Shown here: in pieces, positions 1 to 9,673 of the stretch
How the letters are laid out: each line of letters begins with the position of its first letter
How positions within the stretch are numbered: the stretch's first letter is position 1
Source of the DNA: Candidatus Firestoneibacteriota bacterium
GTDB lineage: Bacteria; Oederibacteriota; Muellerivitia; Muellerivitales; Muellerivitaceae
Direction of reading: 5' to 3'
Assembly (NCBI GenBank): GCA_013286205.1
Contig: JABDGD010000011.1
Coordinates: 90-64,089, forward strand
Length of the DNA: 64,000 nt
The notes under the pieces: generated by a model
The model's database searches: none
The model's input: the letters and a program-made list of their open reading frames with translations, nothing else
What the model was told of the DNA's origin: nothing
Program-made: the position numbers and the translations under genes

Positions 1-2012
1 GTTTGCCCGCCAAATTGCACAATGACGCCCTTGGGCTTTTCACGGTCAACAATATTCATGACGTCTTCAAAGGTCAGCGGTTCAAAATAAAGGCGGTTCG
101 AGGTGTCATAGTCCGTCGAAACCGTTTCAGGATTGTTGTTAACCATAATCACTTCAAAGCCATCCGCGCGCAGGGCAAAAGCGCCATGCACACAGCAATA
201 GTCAAACTCAATCCCCTGGCCAATACGGTTAGGCCCGCCGCCGAGGATCATGATCTTGTTTTGCTTGGTTGGGGCCGACTCGTTGTCTTTACCCGAGAAG
301 GATGATTTACCCAGTTCGTAGGTGGAGTAGAGATAAGGCGTGAAGGCCTCAAACTCCGCCGCGCAGGTATCCACCATTTTGAATACAGGCGTCACCTTGT
401 TCATCTTGCGGTAATTGCGAACCATGTGTTCTTTCGCGCCCGTCAAGAAAGACAGCTGAGCGTCCGAGAAACCCATGGCCTTCGCCCGGCGTAACAGATC
501 CACCGGCAACTTGGCCTTTAAGGTTCCCTTTTTCGAGGTCGCCTTTTCCAGTTCCCGTTCCAGATCCACAATTTCTTTAAGTTCATTGAGGAACCAGGGA
601 TCGATAGAGGTCAACTTGTAAATCTTCTCCACGTCATAACCCTGCCACATGGCCTGGCGCAGGAAAAAGTGGCGGATCGAGGTCGGCTTGCCCAATTGGG
701 CGTTGAGGATATCACCCGGTATGCGTCCCGGTTTGCGGGCTCCAGTTTTAATCCAACGACCCTGCTTAAACTCACGGCCATCCGCTCCATAACCGATGGT
801 TCCGGTTTCCATGGAACGAAGCGCCTTCTGGTAGCTTTCTTTAAAGGTACGGCCAATCGACATGGTCTCACCCACGCTCTTCATGGACGTGTTCAGAATA
901 TCCTCAGCGTCTGGGAACTTTTCAAAGGTGAAGCGTGGAATCTTGGTCACCACATAGTCAATCGACGGTTCAAAAGCCGCCTTGGTATAGCGGGTAATGT
1001 CGTTAAAAAGTTCATCCAGGGTGTAGCCCACCGCCAGCTTGGCGGCGATCTTGGCGATCGGAAAGCCGGTCGCCTTGGAGGCCAAAGCCGAAGAACGTGA
1101 CACACGAGGATTCATTTCAATCACAATCAAACGGCCTGTCTTGGGGTCCACTCCGAATTGAATGTTCGAACCGCCCGTATCGACACCAATCTCACGAATA
1201 CAGGCAATCGAAGCATCGCGCATGCGTTGGTATTCTTTGTCCGTCAAAGTTTGCGCCGGAGCCACAGTGACCGAGTCGCCGGTGTGAATACCCATCGGGT
1301 CCATGTTTTCGATGGAGCAGATGATGACCACGTTGTCTTTCAGGTCACGCATCACTTCCATTTCATATTCTTTCCAACCCAAAGCTGATTCTTCCACCAG
1401 GCATTGGTGAATGGGTGAAAGGTCTAAGCCCTTGGCCAGAATCTCTTCAAATTCCTGGCGGTTATAAGCGATACCGCCACCCGAGCCGCCCAAAGTAAAG
1501 GCGGGGCGGATAATGACCGGATAACCGTTGCCTTCGGCAAAGCCGATACCATCTTCCAGAGTTTTCACCGTGAGGGATTTAGGCAAGTCGAGGCCGATTT
1601 TCTGCATGGCTTCTTTGAATAACTGGCGATCTTCGGCCTTTTTAATCGCGGCCAGATTGGCGCCAATGAGTTCGACTTTAAATTGGTTTAACACGCCGCT
1701 TTCAGCCAAAGCCACAGCGGTATTGAGGGCCGTTTGGCCGCCCAGGGTCGGCAACAAAGCGTCCGGACGTTCTTTTTCGATAATCTTGGCGACCACATCC
1801 GGGGTAATGGGCTCCACATAGGTGCGGTGAGCGAATTCCGGATCAGTCATAATCGTAGCCGGGTTGGAGTTAATCAGGATAACTTCGTAGCCTTCTTCTT
1901 TAAGGGCCTTACAGCCCTGGGTACCCGAGTAGTCAAATTCGCAGGCTTGGCCAATCACAATGGGCCCCGCTCCGATGACCATGATTTTTTTGATGTCAGT
2001 CCGCTTTGGCAT
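1..2012 (-). CDS. carB: carbamoyl-phosphate synthase large subunit, N-terminal ~670 aa (C-terminal part lies off the window)
   Basis: Absent from the ORF track because it has no stop in the window. My minus-strand translation from ATG 2012..2010 reads [59 protein letters not shown]. It continues through [33 protein letters not shown] and the second-half start [24 protein letters not shown]. It sits downstream of carA. Confidence 0.95.
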   Translation of the reverse strand, partial: MPKRTDIKKIMVIGAGPIVIGQACEFDYSGTQGCKALKEEGYEVILINSNPATIMTDPEFAHRTYVEPITPDVVAKIIEKERPDALLPTLGGQTALNTAVALAESGVLNQFKVELIGANLAAIKKAEDRQLFKEAMQKIGLDLPKSLTVKTLEDGIGFAEGNGYPVIIRPAFTLGGSGGGIAYNRQEFEEILAKGLDLSPIHQCLVEESALGWKEYEMEVMRDLKDNVVIICSIENMDPMGIHTGDSVTVAPAQTLTDKEYQRMRDASIACIREIGVDTGGSNIQFGVDPKTGRLIVIEMNPRVSRSSALASKATGFPIAKIAAKLAVGYTLDELFNDITRYTKAAFEPSIDYVVTKIPRFTFEKFPDAEDILNTSMKSVGETMSIGRTFKESYQKALRSMETGTIGYGADGREFKQGRWIKTGARKPGRIPGDILNAQLGKPTSIRHFFLRQAMWQGYDVEKIYKLTSIDPWFLNELKEIVDLERELEKATSKKGTLKAKLPVDLLRRAKAMGFSDAQLSFLTGAKEHMVRNYRKMNKVTPVFKMVDTCAAEFEAFTPYLYSTYELGKSSFSGKDNESAPTKQNKIMILGGGPNRIGQGIEFDYCCVHGAFALRADGFEVIMVNNNPETVSTDYDTSNRLYFEPLTFEDVMNIVDREKPKGVIVQFGGQ

Positions 2013-2024
2013 AACTTTCCTTCG

Positions 2025-2321
2025 TTACTTAATTTCTAATCCACAGCCACAACATTTTTTAGTGAAATAGGCTGGTGGCCATTTCTTGTTTTGAAAAAAA
2101 TACTCAGAACACTTGGGACACTTGGTGCCCCAGAACCTCAAAAAAGAAACGCCAACAAGGACACAATAAATAAAAAAACCAATGTCCATGTTTCCGATTC
2201 CAAAAAAAGCACCAAAAAGAACTATAAAAAAAGGAAATAAAAAAAGAACGGCTATAAACAAAAGCCTTACAGCCTTTGCTTTTTTCAAAAAATCAGAATA
2301 ATTTAAATTCAATTCTTTCAC
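2025..2321 (-). CDS. small hypothetical membrane protein (2 predicted TM helices) with C-terminal Cys-pair zinc-ribbon-like tail
   Basis: 98-aa ORF packed 8 nt after the carA stop and 12 nt before the carB start. It has hydrophobic stretches LLFIAVLFLFPFFIVLFGAFFGI and FFIYCVLVGVSFL, then CPKC...CCGCG. It is visibly much more AT-rich than its flanks. I recognise no family. Confidence 0.55.
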   Translation of the reverse strand: MKELNLNYSDFLKKAKAVRLLFIAVLFLFPFFIVLFGAFFGIGNMDIGFFIYCVLVGVSFLRFWGTKCPKCSEYFFQNKKWPPAYFTKKCCGCGLEIK

Positions 2322-2329
2322 TTAAACCC

Positions 2330-3499
2330 TTAATTATTTTTCTCAATCATTTCCCTGAACTGTTTAAACAAGTACCTGGAGTCATGCGGCCCCGGAGCTG
2401 ATTCCGGGTGGTATTGCACACTGAAAACCGGATTGTTCTTCATGGCCAGGCCTTCGCTAGTGTTGTCGCTCAAGTTAATGTGGGTCGGAATGACCAACTC
2501 TTTATCCAGGCTGTCGTCATCCACCGCGAAGCCGTGGTTCTGGCTGGTGATTTCAATCTTGTTATTCAGGCGGTTCAGCACCGGCTGGTTGCCGCCGCGG
2601 TGACCGAACTTGAGTTTGTAGGTTTTGCCGCCCAGGGCCAGGCCTAACACCTGATGGCCTAAACAGATACCAAAGATAGAAATATTGCGGTGAATCAGGT
2701 CTCTAACCGTATCAGCCACATAAGGCACGCCTTCGGGATCGCCCGGGCCATTAGAGAGAAACACACCCTTCACCCCCGAGTTCAAAATCTCGCTGGCGCT
2801 GGTCGTCGCCGGGAAGACCGTCACATCAAACCCCTCAGCCGTTAAGCGGCGCAGGATGTTGTACTTGATACCGCAATCCAGCGCGGCGATTTTGATTTTC
2901 TTCCCCGGCGCTTCCAATCCTTCCAGTTTCATCTGGGCGCTAGGCGTGTGATCGGCGGCAGCAATGTTATAAGGCAGCTCCGTCCAGTGATAAGGTTTGG
3001 CACAAGTGACTTCTTTCACCAAATCCCGTCCCACCAAACCTTCGCTGTCTTTCGCCAGCTTCACGAGCTTCTTGGGGTTCAATTCGGTCGTGGAAATGAC
3101 ACCCTTCTTGGCGCCATGGGTGCGTAAGTGAGCGGTCAAAGCGCGGGTATCGAGACCTTCAATAGCGATAATGTTGTTCTTGCGAAGATAGTCGCCCAAA
3201 TGCGAGGTCATGCGGTAGTTCGACGGGTGTTTGCAGTATTCCTTCACCACAAAGCCGGACAAGAAGGGCTTACGGGATTCCACATCCACATGATTCACAC
3301 CCGTGTTACCGATCATCGGGTAAGTCATGGTCACAATCTGGCCGCAGTAAGAAGGATCAGTAAGAATTTCTTGATAGCCCGTCATCGAGGTATTAAAGAC
3401 CACCTCACCAAAAGCCTGTCCATCCGCCCCAAAAGCAAAACCCTCAAACCATGTTCCATCTTCTAACGCGAGTACTGCTTTTCTCAACTTTTGCGCCAT
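2330..3499 (-). CDS. carA: carbamoyl-phosphate synthase small (glutamine amidotransferase) subunit
   Basis: 389 aa. The N-terminus MAQKLRKAVLALEDGTWFEGFAFGA is typical of CarA. It carries the class-I GATase active-site region IFGICLGHQ and the C-terminal YHPESAPGPHD. Confidence 0.95.
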   Translation of the reverse strand: MAQKLRKAVLALEDGTWFEGFAFGADGQAFGEVVFNTSMTGYQEILTDPSYCGQIVTMTYPMIGNTGVNHVDVESRKPFLSGFVVKEYCKHPSNYRMTSHLGDYLRKNNIIAIEGLDTRALTAHLRTHGAKKGVISTTELNPKKLVKLAKDSEGLVGRDLVKEVTCAKPYHWTELPYNIAAADHTPSAQMKLEGLEAPGKKIKIAALDCGIKYNILRRLTAEGFDVTVFPATTSASEILNSGVKGVFLSNGPGDPEGVPYVADTVRDLIHRNISIFGICLGHQVLGLALGGKTYKLKFGHRGGNQPVLNRLNNKIEITSQNHGFAVDDDSLDKELVIPTHINLSDNTSEGLAMKNNPVFSVQYHPESAPGPHDSRYLFKQFREMIEKNN

Positions 3500-3555
3500 T
3501 TCACGCCCCGTTCAATAATTTTAAATTCTCAATGTTGAATTCTAAATTTCGGAAA

Positions 3556-3582
3556 GTTTCAATTTGAATTTCAAATTGAAAC
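3556..3582 (-). repeat. near-perfect palindrome (12-bp arms, 3-nt loop) in the AT-rich pyrC-carA spacer
   Basis: The sequence gtttcaatttga att tcaaattgaaac was read directly; the arms are exact reverse complements. No U-tract follows on the transcribed strand, so it is not called a terminator. Confidence 0.7.
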
Positions 3583-3630
3583 TCACAACAATTCAAAGTT
3601 TAAAATTCATAATTAAAAATTAACATCTCC

Positions 3631-4911
3631 TCAGTTGCCCTCGTACTTAATTTCTCCACTCACAATCGTCAATTCGCACCAACCCTTGAGGTTCCAGCCA
3701 TTGAAGGGCGAGTTGCGGCCCTTGCTTTTAAAGTTGTTCACATCCACTTTCTTTTCGGTGGTGATGTCGAAGATGGCCACATCGGCCTCGGCCCCTTCAG
3801 ACAAGGTGCCTTTGTTAATGCCCACGATCTTTGAGGGCGCGGTGGTCAGCAGTTCGATAGCCCGGGACAAGGACACCACACCCGGTTCGACCAGGTGGCT
3901 GTAAGTGACCGCGAAGAGCGTTTCGAGGCCCACGATACCGAAGGCCGCTTCATCAAACTCACATTGTTTTTCAGTGGAAGAGTGGGGCGCGTGGTCGGTG
4001 GCGATACAGTCGATGATGCCTTCTTTAAGGGCTTTGCGAATGGCCGCCACGTCGTCGTCGCTGCGCAGGGGCGGATTCATTTTGAAGTTCGCGTTGTAAT
4101 TCTTGATCGACTTGTCCGAAAGGCTCCAGTAATGGGGCGCGGTTTCGGCGGTGACATTGAGACCCTTCTTCTTCGCCTGGCGGACCAGTTCCACCGAGCC
4201 GGCGGTCGACATGTGAGCCACATGAAACTTGGCGCCGGTCATTTCGGCCAGCAGAATGTTGCGCGCGACCATGACGGTTTCAGAGGCCGCCGGGATACCC
4301 CTCAGACCCAGCACCGTGGAGGCGTGGCCTTCGTTCATCACACCCTGGTTCGACAAGTCCATATCCTCACAGTGGTCAATCACCACCAGGTCGTGCATCT
4401 TGGCATATTCCATCACCCGGCGCATCAGTTCAGCGTTCATGATCGGGGCGCCGTCGTCAGACAGGCCGACCGCTCCGGCTTTTTTCAGTTCGCCCACTTC
4501 CGACATCTCCGTGCCTTCGCGGCGTTTGGAGATACAGCCCACCGGGAACACATGGCAGTGGCCTTCTTTTTCAGCCTTGCTCTTGATGAAGTGAACGATG
4601 GCCTGGTCGTCAATCGGCGGGTTGGTGTTAGGCATGCAGGCTACCGAGGTGACCCCGCCCGCGACCGCCGCTAACGTGCCGGTAGCGATGGTTTCTTTAT
4701 ATTCAAAGCCCGGTTCGCGTAAGTGCACATGGATGTCGACTAAGCCCGGGGTGACGATTTTGCCTTTGGCGTTAATAGTCTGGTCCGCTTTGACCTTCAG
4801 GCCCTTGCCGACTTTGGCGATTTTACCGTCTTGGATGAATACATCCGCTTCGCCGTCAATTTGATTGGCCGGATCGACCACATGCCCGTTTTGGATAAGA
4901 ATTGACTTCAT
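3631..4911 (-). CDS. pyrC: dihydroorotase
   Basis: Carries the amidohydrolase metal motif DIHVHLREPG and later ATDHAPH. The ORF-track start at 4917 is TTG. The ATG at 4911 is preceded by AAGAGG 7 nt upstream, so I use that start. Confidence 0.93.
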   Translation of the reverse strand: MKSILIQNGHVVDPANQIDGEADVFIQDGKIAKVGKGLKVKADQTINAKGKIVTPGLVDIHVHLREPGFEYKETIATGTLAAVAGGVTSVACMPNTNPPIDDQAIVHFIKSKAEKEGHCHVFPVGCISKRREGTEMSEVGELKKAGAVGLSDDGAPIMNAELMRRVMEYAKMHDLVVIDHCEDMDLSNQGVMNEGHASTVLGLRGIPAASETVMVARNILLAEMTGAKFHVAHMSTAGSVELVRQAKKKGLNVTAETAPHYWSLSDKSIKNYNANFKMNPPLRSDDDVAAIRKALKEGIIDCIATDHAPHSSTEKQCEFDEAAFGIVGLETLFAVTYSHLVEPGVVSLSRAIELLTTAPSKIVGINKGTLSEGAEADVAIFDITTEKKVDVNNFKSKGRNSPFNGWNLKGWCELTIVSGEIKYEGN

Positions 4912-4927
4912 AAGCAAACCTCTTTTT

Positions 4928-5034
4928 CACCACCAAGGCACCAAAACACCAAGGAAGGCTTTGAAATTTTAAAATTTAAACCAGTTAATTCTTTTTTGTC
5001 TTTCGGTTTTCTTGGTGACTTGGTGTCTTGGTGG

Positions 5035-5035
<1 letters not shown>
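4928..5035 (-). repeat. long imperfect inverted repeat (~25-nt arms, ~56-nt AT-rich loop) spanning the pyrB stop to just before the pyrC RBS
   Basis: Plus-strand arms are caccaccaaggcaccaaaacaccaagg (4928-4954) and cttggtgacttggtgtcttggtggt (5011-5035). About 22 of 25 positions are complementary by eye. Each arm is itself built of CACCAAG-like direct repeats. Confidence 0.75.
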
Positions 5036-6572
<1,537 letters not shown>

Positions 6573-6583
6573 TTAGAGGGCAT

Positions 6584-6617
6584 AAAAAAGCCCGATTCAT
6601 CCAGAATGGATGTCGGG
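6584..6617 (-). terminator. intrinsic terminator of the pyr leader (attenuator)
   Basis: The minus strand reads cccgacatcc-attct-ggatgaatcggg followed by cttttttatg. This gives CCCGA/TCGGG plus CATCC/GGATG stems with an AA bulge and a U6 tract, located between the promoter and pyrR. Confidence 0.8.
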
Positions 6618-6667
6618 TTCAAGTGGTGCGAGTTTAAGTTGGCGCAGGCGTAAGCCATCGTCATTTT

Positions 6668-6697
6668 CCTTGGGAACCTCTCGGATTCCGTTAAAGG
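6668..6697 (-). promoter_or_regulatory. PyrR-binding stem-loop (anti-antiterminator element) in the pyr leader RNA
   Basis: The minus strand reads ccuuuaacGGAAUCCGAGAGGUUCCcaagg. The loop UCCGAGAGG closely matches the Bacillus-type PyrR box (ARUCCAGAGAGGYU, from memory). It is closed by GGAA/UUCC, with a lower CCUU/AAGG stem and an internal bulge. Confidence 0.8.
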
Positions 6698-6712
6698 TAA
6701 GCAACTGGGACC

Positions 6713-6740
6713 ATTCTAGAAGCTTTCAAACTCCTGTCAA
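6713..6740 (-). promoter_or_regulatory. sigma70-type promoter of the pyr operon
   Basis: The minus strand reads TTGACA (6740..6735), a 16-nt spacer, then TAGAAT (6718..6713). It lies about 20 nt upstream of the PyrR-binding loop. Confidence 0.7.
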
Positions 6741-6806
6741 GGTCTCTTTAAATGAGCCCGAGTAGTTGTTAACTCCACACCCAATCTTCAAATGACTGTT
6801 ATTGGC

Positions 6807-7520
6807 TTAAATTTCTTTAAAATAACTTTCAGTCGTGAGTTTATGATTTATAGGATAACCGCGCTGAGCGTATTGAGAACAACCTAGATCCGAAAACCGG
6901 AGCTGAACTGAAAACCTAATCTGCTTGGATGTATTAACTCCACTTTGATGAACCAGTTTTTGATTAAAAATCAAAGCTTCGCCAAAATTAACCGGACAGC
7001 TTTTAAACTCAAACTGAAATTCATCAGTAATAATTCCCTGTTTATTAGGATAAACGCCTTTTAAATGTGTTCCCGGCGCCACAAGCAGAGCCCCAGTGGA
7101 TTCATCTGTATTTTGCAGCGGAATCCACACAGTAACCGAATTATCACTTCCAATGTTGTAAGCATAATCCTGATGTTTCTCAAATATGATTTGTTCTTTG
7201 ATGGGCATATCGCAGCGAAGCAATGGGGGAAGTTCTAAAACAGGTCGCACAAATCCAAGCGAATCGAGAATTTCAGCAAAAACGTCATGCCCGGCAATCG
7301 AAAACAACTTAGCGGAACCCCATAAATGTTTCACGGCCTGATGTTGCTTTGGCTGATTAGTATTTCTGAAATTGATGACATCAAAATCATTTTTAATTTC
7401 ATTTCCGCCCGAAGACAAAGAAACAATATTAAAAACTTCATAGATTTCGGCCCGCAACTCCTCTAACAAAGGAACAATATTTGGGATCGGCGCGATGAAA
7501 TAGCCATTTTCGTTATACAT
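6807..7520 (-). CDS. Fe(II)/2-oxoglutarate-dependent oxygenase, phytanoyl-CoA dioxygenase (PhyH)-like
   Basis: Shows the facial-triad pattern HQD (in EKHQDYAY), a distal His in LVHQSG and Arg in RFSVQLRF, plus GALLVAPGTH. The ORF track starts at TTG 7532; the ATG at 7520 fits the promoter-derived 5' end better. The gene is visibly AT-rich. Confidence 0.7.
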   Translation of the reverse strand: MYNENGYFIAPIPNIVPLLEELRAEIYEVFNIVSLSSGGNEIKNDFDVINFRNTNQPKQHQAVKHLWGSAKLFSIAGHDVFAEILDSLGFVRPVLELPPLLRCDMPIKEQIIFEKHQDYAYNIGSDNSVTVWIPLQNTDESTGALLVAPGTHLKGVYPNKQGIITDEFQFEFKSCPVNFGEALIFNQKLVHQSGVNTSKQIRFSVQLRFSDLGCSQYAQRGYPINHKLTTESYFKEI

Positions 7521-7545
7521 AACCGCTCTCAAACAAAAGTTAGAA

Positions 7546-7573
7546 ACCGGGCCTAATTATAGGTCCATCAGAA
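7546..7573 (-). promoter_or_regulatory. near-consensus sigma70 promoter in front of the PhyH-like gene
   Basis: The minus strand reads TTGACG (7573..7568), a 16-nt spacer, then TATAAT (7551..7546). Confidence 0.7.
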
Positions 7574-7600
7574 GAATCGTCAAGAAGCCGAGCGACGGGA

Positions 7601-9211
7601 TCAATGTTCGGTTGGTTTTTCTGCTCCCAAGCCGGTATTGGCCCGAACGGTGAGTTCGGTAAATTTATCCTCAGCTGTTTTTTCACGGCCCGATAAGGTT
7701 CCTAAAATCGCCCCTAAAAAGCCGAGGGGGATGCTCAGAATGCCGGGGTTATCCAGCGGGAATAAAGGAGCGTGCTGAATAAAGTGACGAGCCGGACCCA
7801 CCACTGTTTCAGCGTCAACTCCCATAAAGGAAGGGCTTACCGCGATTAAAGCGATGGAAGAAAAAAGTCCGCTGGCCAAACCGCATACCGCCCCGCGGGT
7901 CGTAAAGCGTTTCCAAAAAAGTGAAAACAAAATGACCGGCAAGTTCGCCGAAGCCGCCACCGCGAAAGCCAAACCTACTAAGAAGGCGACGTTCGCCGTC
8001 GGCCCCAAAAGAATCGCGATGGTAATGGCAATGCCGCCCACCACAAAGGCCGTCACACGGGCGACTTTCACTTCTTCCCCAGCTTCACGTACTTTTCCGT
8101 GATGAATGACGTTAGTCCAAAAATCATGCGCGAAAGAAGTGGAGGCGCTGATGGTTAATCCCGCTACCACCGCCAGGATGGTCGCAAAGGCCACTGCCGA
8201 GATAAAGGCAAAGAATAAGTCGCCGCCCAAAGCCTGGGCTAAAAGCGGAGCGCTCATATTGATGCCGCCGTTGGCCGTAATAAAGTCTTTACCTACGATG
8301 GTCGCCGCGCCAAAACCTAAGAAGGTGGTCAGAATATAAAAGCCGCCAATGAGCACCATGGCCCAAACCACGCTGACCCGGGCGGTCTTGGCGTCTGGCA
8401 CGGTGTAAAAGCGAACCAGGATGTGCGGCAAGCCCGCTGTCCCCAGCACCAAAGCCAGACCCAGCGAGATCAAATCCCAGGGGCCGTAGGGCGGTTTGTA
8501 CTTTAAGCCGGGCGTTAAAAAGTTTTGAACTACTTCAGCGCCCGTCTTGTCGTGATAGTGAACCTGAGTGATGGCGTCAAAGAAGTTAGAGAGGCTGAAG
8601 CCGAAATGGGCCATGACCAGCAGGCTCAAAAGAATGGTGCCCGCGATCAACAAGATAGCCTTCACAATTTGCACCCAGGTGGTCGCCAGCATGCCGCCGA
8701 ACACCACATAGATGATCATCAGAATACCCACGCCAATGACCGCCACTTGAAAGCTAATGCCCGAACCCTTCAGCAGCAGAGCCACCAGCGTTCCCGCCCC
8801 CACCATCTGGGCGATCATGTAAAAGGTTGAGACCGTTAAAGTGCTCAAAGCCGCCATGGCCCGTACCGGTTTGGCCTTCATGCGGTAAGCCAACACATCC
8901 GCCATGGTGTATTTACCCGTATTGCGCAAAGGCTCAGCTACTACGAAAAGAACGGTCAGATAAGCGACCAAAAATCCAACGGAGTACATGAAGCCGTCAT
9001 AACCCGTAAAAGCGATCAGCCCCGCGATGCCCAAAAAGGAAGCCGCGCTCATATAGTCGCCCGCTACCGCAATACCGTTTTGCCAGCCCGTAATACGGCG
9101 GCCCGCCGCGAAGTAGCTGGTGGATCCTTTGCTTTTGCGTGAAGCCCACCAGGTGATACCCAAAGTGACAGCCACAAAGGCCACAAACATCACTAAGGAA
9201 GTGGAGATCAT
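7601..9211 (-). CDS. actP: cation/acetate symporter (sodium:solute symporter family, ActP-like)
   Basis: 536-aa polytopic protein. The N-terminus [43 protein letters not shown] is typical of ActP/SSF. Its start overlaps the stop of a DUF485/YjcH-like gene (ATGA), which is the canonical pairing. Confidence 0.88.
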   Translation of the reverse strand: MISTSLVMFVAFVAVTLGITWWASRKSKGSTSYFAAGRRITGWQNGIAVAGDYMSAASFLGIAGLIAFTGYDGFMYSVGFLVAYLTVLFVVAEPLRNTGKYTMADVLAYRMKAKPVRAMAALSTLTVSTFYMIAQMVGAGTLVALLLKGSGISFQVAVIGVGILMIIYVVFGGMLATTWVQIVKAILLIAGTILLSLLVMAHFGFSLSNFFDAITQVHYHDKTGAEVVQNFLTPGLKYKPPYGPWDLISLGLALVLGTAGLPHILVRFYTVPDAKTARVSVVWAMVLIGGFYILTTFLGFGAATIVGKDFITANGGINMSAPLLAQALGGDLFFAFISAVAFATILAVVAGLTISASTSFAHDFWTNVIHHGKVREAGEEVKVARVTAFVVGGIAITIAILLGPTANVAFLVGLAFAVAASANLPVILFSLFWKRFTTRGAVCGLASGLFSSIALIAVSPSFMGVDAETVVGPARHFIQHAPLFPLDNPGILSIPLGFLGAILGTLSGREKTAEDKFTELTVRANTGLGAEKPTEH

Positions 9212-9534
9212 GAGCGGCCTCCTTTGCCATGTTGAGTGTCTAAAACCTTGGCCGCTTCAATGTCAAACTGGCCGGCTTTCCAAACATAAACACCCGCCAA
9301 AATCCAGGCTACGAAAAATTGTGAAAGAGCGAAAAGATAAGCCCCGTTCACCTTTCCCCAGACCGGCTGATTCATGACTTCAGGAAAGAAACCCACCAGA
9401 ACCGGCAGGGCGAAATAATAGAGGATGAAGAAGATACAGACCGGCACGATGAACATGATTTTCTTGCGGACGAGCGCTTGATAGGCGGGACTTTTCTCTA
9501 TTTGCGGCCAATTCACTGAATCTTTATTCGCCAT
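9208..9534 (-). CDS. DUF485 (YjcH-like) inner-membrane protein, ActP partner
   Basis: Has two TM helices, the conserved AYQALVRKK region, and sits directly upstream of actP. The ATG at 9534 is preceded by AAGGAGA; the ORF-track start at 9576 is probably an over-extension. Confidence 0.8.
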   Translation of the reverse strand: MANKDSVNWPQIEKSPAYQALVRKKIMFIVPVCIFFILYYFALPVLVGFFPEVMNQPVWGKVNGAYLFALSQFFVAWILAGVYVWKAGQFDIEAAKVLDTQHGKGGRS

Positions 9535-9673
9535 TATCGTCTCCTTGCACCGGATTGTTTTTGACGGGTGATTCACGAAACCGCCACATTATCCAACCAG
9601 AAAGGCGTTCCTGAACACACTTATCTACTCGATGGCCTAAATTTAACATTGGTTGCTTGACCGAAAATAGGCT

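Noticed and set aside
3895-4674. 259-aa plus-strand ORF (with nested ORFs at 3905, 4229 and 4598).
   Set aside because: It lies entirely antisense to the well-supported dihydroorotase gene. Its Arg/His/Gly/Val-rich composition with no motifs is typical of an antisense shadow ORF in GC-richer coding DNA.
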